Under the pieces are notes generated by a model, which worked only from the letters and a program-made list of their open reading frames with translations, had not been told where the DNA came from and ran no database searches. From a virus (lineage: Duplodnaviria; Heunggongvirae; Uroviricota; Caudoviricetes), in IMG/VR virus record IMGVR_UViG_2563366920_000004: a DNA stretch of 40,422 nucleotides; one strand, 5' to 3'. Positions within the stretch are counted from its first letter, which is position 1. Each line of letters begins with the position of its first letter. Positions 35,632 to 40,422 of this stretch are shown one piece after another. A program made the translations under genes and the position numbers.

Positions 35632-35931
35632 ATGAACGTTAATCAGCAGAAAAATCTTCAAAAAATCATGCTGGCATTCGACAAGGACTACCGCCTGTCA
35701 GAACAGCTATATGACCGACAAGTTGAACTGATTGAGAGCATCCGACTTCATCAACTGTCCTCAACTTTCGACGTTGTAACAGGCAAAGGCGTTCGTCAGG
35801 AAGTACTGGAGGCTGCTAAAGACAGCCCTGAGTTCGAAGAACTGATGGATGCCTATCGGCGAGAGGCAATGGCAATTATCGCCCGCTGGGATCTGGCAGA
35901 TCAGCTTGATGGACAGAGGGACGCGGCATGA
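35632..35931 (+). CDS. hypothetical early protein (first sizeable gene of the early-left operon)
   Basis: Start set at internal Met (MNVNQQK...) of track ORF 35617..35931 with GGGAGGG RBS; 4-nt overlap with the exonuclease gene. Confidence 0.5.
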   Translation: MNVNQQKNLQKIMLAFDKDYRLSEQLYDRQVELIESIRLHQLSSTFDVVTGKGVRQEVLEAAKDSPEFEELMDAYRREAMAIIARWDLADQLDGQRDAA

Positions 35932-36749
35932 AACCGGGAATTTATTTCGACATCAGCAACGAAGACTACCACGCCGGTGACGGCGTGAGTAAGTCGCAAC
36001 TGGACATGGTTGCCAAGAATCCGGCGCTTCTCAAATGGGTTCAGGCAGCACCAGAAGACGAAGAGAAAAAGTCTGCACTAGATATGGGAACTGCATTGCA
36101 CTGTCTGCTTCTGGAACCTGGAGAATTCGACAAACGCTTCATTGTTTCACCAAAGTTCGATCGTCGGACGAAACAAGGTAAAGCTGACGAAGAAGCATTT
36201 CTTCGTGATGTAGCGGATATGGGGATTTCGGTACTTGATGCAGAGCAGTGGCGAAAACTGGAGCTGATGCGTGATAGCGCAATGGCTCACCCAGCGGCAC
36301 GCTGGATGTTGGAAGCACCTGGTTACTGCGAAGCATCAATGTACTGGAACGATGAAGATACGGGTGAGTTGTGCCGAATTCGTCCAGACAAATGGCTGAA
36401 CGAGCACAACGTGATCGTCGACGTGAAAAAGGTTGCAGATATGGACCGTTTTGCACGCCACATCGAGGAATTCCGCTACCACGTGCAGGACGCAATGTAC
36501 CGCGAAGGCGCAATGAAGGTTACTGGTCAGCCGCATGGTTTTTTCTTTCTTGCCGTGAGCGAAAGCATTGATTGTGGTCGGTATCCGGTACGCGTGTTCG
36601 AGCTGGATGCGCCGGATGTCGATGCCGGGCACGCTCTGTTCCGCCGGGATCTGAATACCTATCACGAATGCCGCATCAACGATGAGTGGGGCGGAGTGGA
36701 AATTATTAAACGCCCTGACTGGGCACGTAAACAGGATATGTACGTATGA
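35928..36749 (+). CDS. YqaJ-like viral recombinase exonuclease (PD-(D/E)xK)
   Basis: 273 aa; IRPDKWL ... VIVDVKKV motif pattern of the lambda-exonuclease/YqaJ family; coupled to the RecT-like gene. Confidence 0.7.
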   Translation: MKPGIYFDISNEDYHAGDGVSKSQLDMVAKNPALLKWVQAAPEDEEKKSALDMGTALHCLLLEPGEFDKRFIVSPKFDRRTKQGKADEEAFLRDVADMGISVLDAEQWRKLELMRDSAMAHPAARWMLEAPGYCEASMYWNDEDTGELCRIRPDKWLNEHNVIVDVKKVADMDRFARHIEEFRYHVQDAMYREGAMKVTGQPHGFFFLAVSESIDCGRYPVRVFELDAPDVDAGHALFRRDLNTYHECRINDEWGGVEIIKRPDWARKQDMYV

Positions 36750-37627
36750 GCAATGATATCGCAATCACATCACAACCAGGCGCAACTGTAGGTACTGCTG
36801 CGGCAATCTTCAGCCCGGAGGGCATGAATCAACTGGTGCGTTTCGCGGAGTTGATGTCACAAAGCAAAGCGACTGTACCGAAACATCTTGAAGGCAAACC
36901 TGCCGATTGTCTGGCGGTGACCATGCAGGCGGCACAGTGGGGAATGAATCCTTTCGCCGTGGCGCAGAAAACGCATGTGGTAAACGGAACGTTAGGCTAC
37001 GAAGCACAGTTGGTAAACGCGGTCGTATCCTCTTCCAGCCTGCTAGCGACACGCCTGAATTATCGCTGGAGCGGTGACTGGTCGAATGTTAACGGCAAAA
37101 CAGATAAATCACCGAATCTGACGGTAACTGTGTCAGCAGTTCTTAAAGGAGAAGCAGAACCCCGTGAGCTTACCATCAGTATGGCGCAAGCCGGAGTGCG
37201 TAACTCTCCATTGTGGGAACAGGATCCGCGCCAGCAGCTTGCCTATCTTTGCACGAAACGATGGGCTCGCCTGCACGCTCCTGATGTACTTCTCGGTGTT
37301 TACACCCCTGACGAATTACAGGAAACGGCACCGCGCGTTGAGCGAGACATTACTCCGCAAACGACCACTGCTGCGGGAATGAACAGTCTGATCAACGCTA
37401 AACCAGCGAAAAAGCCTGATGAGCAAACGCGTAAAGCGGATAGCCGTGATCCAGAAGAAATGCTGATGGCCTTTACCAGCGCAGCGATGAATTACAGCAC
37501 TGTCTCCGAACTGGATAAGGCTTACAAATACATTGCACAAAAACTTTCAGATGATGACGAACTGCTGGCAAAAGCCACCGACGTTTACAGCGTTCGTCGG
37601 GAAGAATTAAACGAAACATCTATGTAA
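36746..37627 (+). CDS. recT: RecT-family single-strand annealing protein
   Basis: 293 aa; segment FAELMSQSKATVPKHLEGKPADCLAVTMQAAQWGMNPFAVAQKTHVVNG typical of RecT; partnered with the exonuclease. Confidence 0.75.
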   Translation: MSNDIAITSQPGATVGTAAAIFSPEGMNQLVRFAELMSQSKATVPKHLEGKPADCLAVTMQAAQWGMNPFAVAQKTHVVNGTLGYEAQLVNAVVSSSSLLATRLNYRWSGDWSNVNGKTDKSPNLTVTVSAVLKGEAEPRELTISMAQAGVRNSPLWEQDPRQQLAYLCTKRWARLHAPDVLLGVYTPDELQETAPRVERDITPQTTTAAGMNSLINAKPAKKPDEQTRKADSRDPEEMLMAFTSAAMNYSTVSELDKAYKYIAQKLSDDDELLAKATDVYSVRREELNETSM

Positions 37628-37676
37628 CCACCACCGCGGCGCCACGCGCGCCGCACTGCAACCAAGAGAGGTATTT

Positions 37677-37925
37677 ATGAAAGGTGCATTAGGTAAGAAG
37701 GAACTCCTGGCGGTGGTGCCACTGTCATGGAGCACTATCGACCGTATGGAGCGCGCAGGGGAATTTCCTAAACGCTGGTATATCACTGACAAACGCTGCG
37801 CATGGAACCGTGATGAAGTTGAGCGTTGGCTTGATGAACGTCAGGCAGCAAGCCCGGCAGAGTTCCAGGGTAAAAAACCTCCTGTTCAGCAACGTGTATA
37901 TCGTCCTGTGAGCAACGCGGCATGA
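37677..37925 (+). CDS. AlpA-family DNA-binding protein (excisionase/transcriptional regulator-like)
   Basis: 82 aa; LSWSTIDRMERAGEFPKRWYI matches the AlpA-family HTH pattern; near a P4-type integrase. Confidence 0.6.
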   Translation: MKGALGKKELLAVVPLSWSTIDRMERAGEFPKRWYITDKRCAWNRDEVERWLDERQAASPAEFQGKKPPVQQRVYRPVSNAA

Positions 37926-38034
37926 GTGTGCTGCTAAGGCACTGGAGCAAATGGTCAGGATGGTACTTATTCCTGGCCTCTGTTTCAGCATGGCTTTATC
38001 TGCTGGCATTAATTTTCAGAGAGGGTTGGATTAA

Positions 38035-38334
38035 GTGAGAAAGTTAAGCCGACTTGAAAAATATCACATGAACAAGGTTTCAATGCGCAGCCCTTCAAAG
38101 GTTGTTGCCGTTACTCCTGCGGCGATAGAGATCGAAAAACGCGCGATTGAAAGAGAGAAAAAAGGGCAGTTCCGCATTGCTGCCCACCTTTGGCTTCAGT
38201 GTATGGATGTTGCTTCTGGTGATGTTGAGCGTGCAAGGATCGCGGTTCGCAGGGACCAATGTATCACAAAAGGTAACGGCCTTCGCCGTGGCGACTATAG
38301 CGGTATAGGATGTTGCGGGGTGGTTTATGACTAA
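38035..38334 (+). CDS. PerC-like transcriptional regulator (tentative)
   Basis: 99 aa; FRIAAHLWLQCMDV ... ERARIAVRRDQC recalls the PerC-family pattern; GTG start with GAGGGTTGG RBS; 8-nt overlap with the methyltransferase gene. Confidence 0.4.
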   Translation: MRKLSRLEKYHMNKVSMRSPSKVVAVTPAAIEIEKRAIEREKKGQFRIAAHLWLQCMDVASGDVERARIAVRRDQCITKGNGLRRGDYSGIGCCGVVYD

Positions 38335-38977
38335 GAAATACACGCTAATCTATGCAGATCCACCCTGGGTATACCGGGATAAAGCCGCAGATGGTAATCG
38401 CGGTGCCGGTTTTAAATATCCGGTTATGAGTGTGCTGGATATCTGCCGCCTTCCTGTGTGGGATTTGGCCGATGAAAACTGTCTGTTGGCCATGTGGTGG
38501 GTGCCAACACAACCACTCGAAGCGCTAAAAGTTGTTGAAGCCTGGGGATTCCGTCTGATGACCATGAAGGGCTTCACGTGGATAAAATGTGGTAGTCGAC
38601 AACCAGATAAACTGGTTATGGGTATGGGACACATGACTCGCGCCAATAGTGAAGATTGCCTGTTTGCAGTAAAGGGAAAACTACCTACGCGCATTAATGC
38701 AGGGATCGTTCAGTCATTTACCGCACCGCGGCTTGAGCACTCAAGAAAACCAGATATCGTTCGTGAAAAACTTGTGCAATTGTTAGGCGATGTTTCTCGC
38801 ATTGAACTGTTCGCCCGCCAGACGTCTCATGGTTTCGATGTTTGGGGTAATCAGTGTGAAGACCCGGCAGTGCAACTACATCCTGGATACGCGTTGGATA
38901 TTGCCGGATTAACAAATGCATTCAGCAATGCTCCGCTGTCACCAACAGACAACCAGGGGCGGGAGCGTGCAGCATGA
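38327..38977 (+). CDS. MT-A70-family DNA N6-adenine methyltransferase
   Basis: 216 aa; catalytic DPPW motif (IYADPPWVY) near the N-terminus; no adjacent restriction endonuclease gene (orphan). Confidence 0.75.
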   Translation: MTKKYTLIYADPPWVYRDKAADGNRGAGFKYPVMSVLDICRLPVWDLADENCLLAMWWVPTQPLEALKVVEAWGFRLMTMKGFTWIKCGSRQPDKLVMGMGHMTRANSEDCLFAVKGKLPTRINAGIVQSFTAPRLEHSRKPDIVREKLVQLLGDVSRIELFARQTSHGFDVWGNQCEDPAVQLHPGYALDIAGLTNAFSNAPLSPTDNQGRERAA

Positions 38978-39168
38978 ACAGGGCATCACCAGCAGATTTA
39001 AGGAAATGCCTTGAAACTGCAAACATGCTTGCACACAGCGGGATCAGGTTTGTTCCAATTCCCGCTGTCACTGATGCTGAATTTGCAACACTGTCAGCAA
39101 TATTCACAGATAAAATTGAATCACTGGCAGCAGAAGCCGAGATGGAAGAAAATCAGCAGAATAATTAA
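38974..39168 (+). CDS. small hypothetical protein (DUF1382-like)
   Basis: 64 aa; coupled (ATGA overlap) to the methyltransferase gene; convergent with the integrase. Confidence 0.4.
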   Translation: MNRASPADLRKCLETANMLAHSGIRFVPIPAVTDAEFATLSAIFTDKIESLAAEAEMEENQQNN

Positions 39169-39171
39169 ACG

Positions 39172-40422
39172 TTATTCCCCCGCCATCCACTTCTCAAACT
39201 TCGACGGGGAGAACGGAATCAGATCCGTATGCTCCCCGTCAATCCAGGAATCAATCATATCGGCCCACTGCTGCAACATGTAGGCGCGCTGTCTGGCGTA
39301 TTCCGCTTTGTTATATACGGCGCGCACACCTTTCTGCTCATGTGCCAGAGCCTTTTCAATCCAGTCTGAAGGATAACCAGCCTCATGCAACAATGTACTG
39401 GCTGTACGGCGCATATCGTGTACGGTGAAGCCCTGAATATGCTCACCATCTTCATTTATTATTTTCACCGTTCTGTCGATCAGAGAGTTCAGCGCGGCAT
39501 TAGATAATGGCTTCCGGAAATTGTAACGACCAGGAACCAGATATTCACTTCCACCAGCGCACATCTGCAATCCGACCAATATATCCTGAGCCTGTTTAGG
39601 CAGGTAAATAACGTGCGCCCGGCTTCCCTTCATGCGGTCTGAAGGAATGGTCCATGTCCATTTTTTAAAATCTATTTCATCCCACGTTGCGTTGGTGAAT
39701 TCGCCTTTACGAACCATAGTGATAAGCACCAGCTTTAAAGCCATTTTCATAGTGCCCATAGCACCAATGGCATCCAGCGTACGGAAGAACAGGCCAATTT
39801 CTTCTGGTGTCAGTGTTCGCTCTCGTGGTTTAAATATGGCGATAGACGAAGGTTTAATGTCAGCCGCAGGATTAAACAAACCATGACCACGGTCATTGGC
39901 GTGACGGTATACGCTGCTGATGATCTCCCTTGCCTGTACTGCTGTTGCCCGACCACCGCGTTCGACAATCCGGTCACACAAATCACGAACCATCGATGTG
40001 GTAATTTCAGCCATCATTTTGTTGCCAAGAACCGGAAGTATGTCACGGTCGATCACTGCCTGCTTCATTGCGCGGGTACTTTCAGCCAGGATGACGTGTT
40101 TCATATAACTGTCGGTATGTACCGCAAACGTCTCGGCACCACGAATCTTTTTGATACCGTCACGTTTAGCCGCAGCCGGCGACTGGCCTGCTTTAAGCAG
40201 CTTCTTTGCAGCAATCAGTTCTTCTCGCGCTTCTGCCAGGCTGATACCGTCACGCCCATACTGCCCGATTACCAGTGTTTCGCGGCGACCGTTGATACGG
40301 TAGTCATAGCGAAACGAGACCGTGCCTGACGTAAGCACAGCTACATACAGCCCGTCACGATCGGAGACCTTGTACAGTTTGTCCTGCGGCTTGAGGTTTT
40401 TTAATTTTGTATCGGTAAGCAC
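39172..40422 (-). CDS. int: tyrosine integrase, P4-type (5' end at or beyond the window edge)
   Basis: 416 aa; N-terminal arm-binding pattern (LTDTKLKNLKP ... GLYVAV), C-terminal catalytic motifs (HDMRRT ... RAVYNKAEY); the reading frame is still open at position 40422. Confidence 0.85.
   Translation of the reverse strand: MLTDTKLKNLKPQDKLYKVSDRDGLYVAVLTSGTVSFRYDYRINGRRETLVIGQYGRDGISLAEAREELIAAKKLLKAGQSPAAAKRDGIKKIRGAETFAVHTDSYMKHVILAESTRAMKQAVIDRDILPVLGNKMMAEITTSMVRDLCDRIVERGGRATAVQAREIISSVYRHANDRGHGLFNPAADIKPSSIAIFKPRERTLTPEEIGLFFRTLDAIGAMGTMKMALKLVLITMVRKGEFTNATWDEIDFKKWTWTIPSDRMKGSRAHVIYLPKQAQDILVGLQMCAGGSEYLVPGRYNFRKPLSNAALNSLIDRTVKIINEDGEHIQGFTVHDMRRTASTLLHEAGYPSDWIEKALAHEQKGVRAVYNKAEYARQRAYMLQQWADMIDSWIDGEHTDLIPFSPSKFEKWMAGE

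Larger units (their letters stand above)
1597..40422. mobile_element. integrated temperate phage (prophage), nearly complete; left boundary uncertain, right end beyond window
   Basis: Contiguous integrase, early recombination, immunity, replication, packaging, head, tail, tailspike and lysis modules; neither att site identified. Confidence 0.8.

Noticed and set aside
35443-35661. 72-aa minus-strand ORF across the left-operator region
   Set aside because: It is antisense to the operator/promoter region and has no RBS.
1-40422. CRISPR arrays, insertion sequences or transposase genes
   Set aside because: No short regularly spaced direct repeats, terminal inverted repeats or transposase-like ORFs were seen; the only repeat families are the operator palindromes and the O-gene repeats.

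Overview
The window is almost entirely one integrated temperate phage (about 1.6 kb to the right edge), read by eye from the sequence and the ORF track without any database search. Its late/virion module is on the minus strand and resembles short-tailed (T7-like) phages: small and large terminase, portal, scaffold, major capsid, tail-tube A/B-like proteins, four internal virion (ejection) proteins and a 1039-aa tailspike, followed by a lysis cassette (two holin-like genes, GH19 endolysin, Rz with embedded Rz1). The early region is lambdoid: a lambda P-like helicase loader, an O-like initiator with DNA-level repeats inside its gene, a Cro-like gene divergent from a tandem-HTH repressor that lacks a peptidase domain, an exonuclease/RecT pair, an AlpA-like regulator, a PerC-like gene coupled to an MT-A70 adenine methyltransferase, and a P4-type tyrosine integrase that runs off the right edge. 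A complete tRNA-Arg(UCU) sits between the large terminase and the portal. The most notable signals are (i) a 15-bp palindrome TTACC-N5-GGTAA present about 13 times, almost all intergenic, including operator-like clusters on both sides of the repressor gene; (ii) a near-consensus LexA box directly upstream of a small gene homologous to the C-terminal domain of a Bro-N antirepressor; and (iii) a ~3.1 kb accessory island between the ejection-protein operon and the tailspike carrying membrane-protein genes behind leader terminators. The left ~1.6 kb (a small membrane ORF, a glycine-zipper lipoprotein and a secreted coiled-coil protein) is either phage cargo or host flank; neither attachment site could be identified. 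Hand-counted motif coordinates may be off by 1-2 bp; CDS coordinates follow the ORF track.
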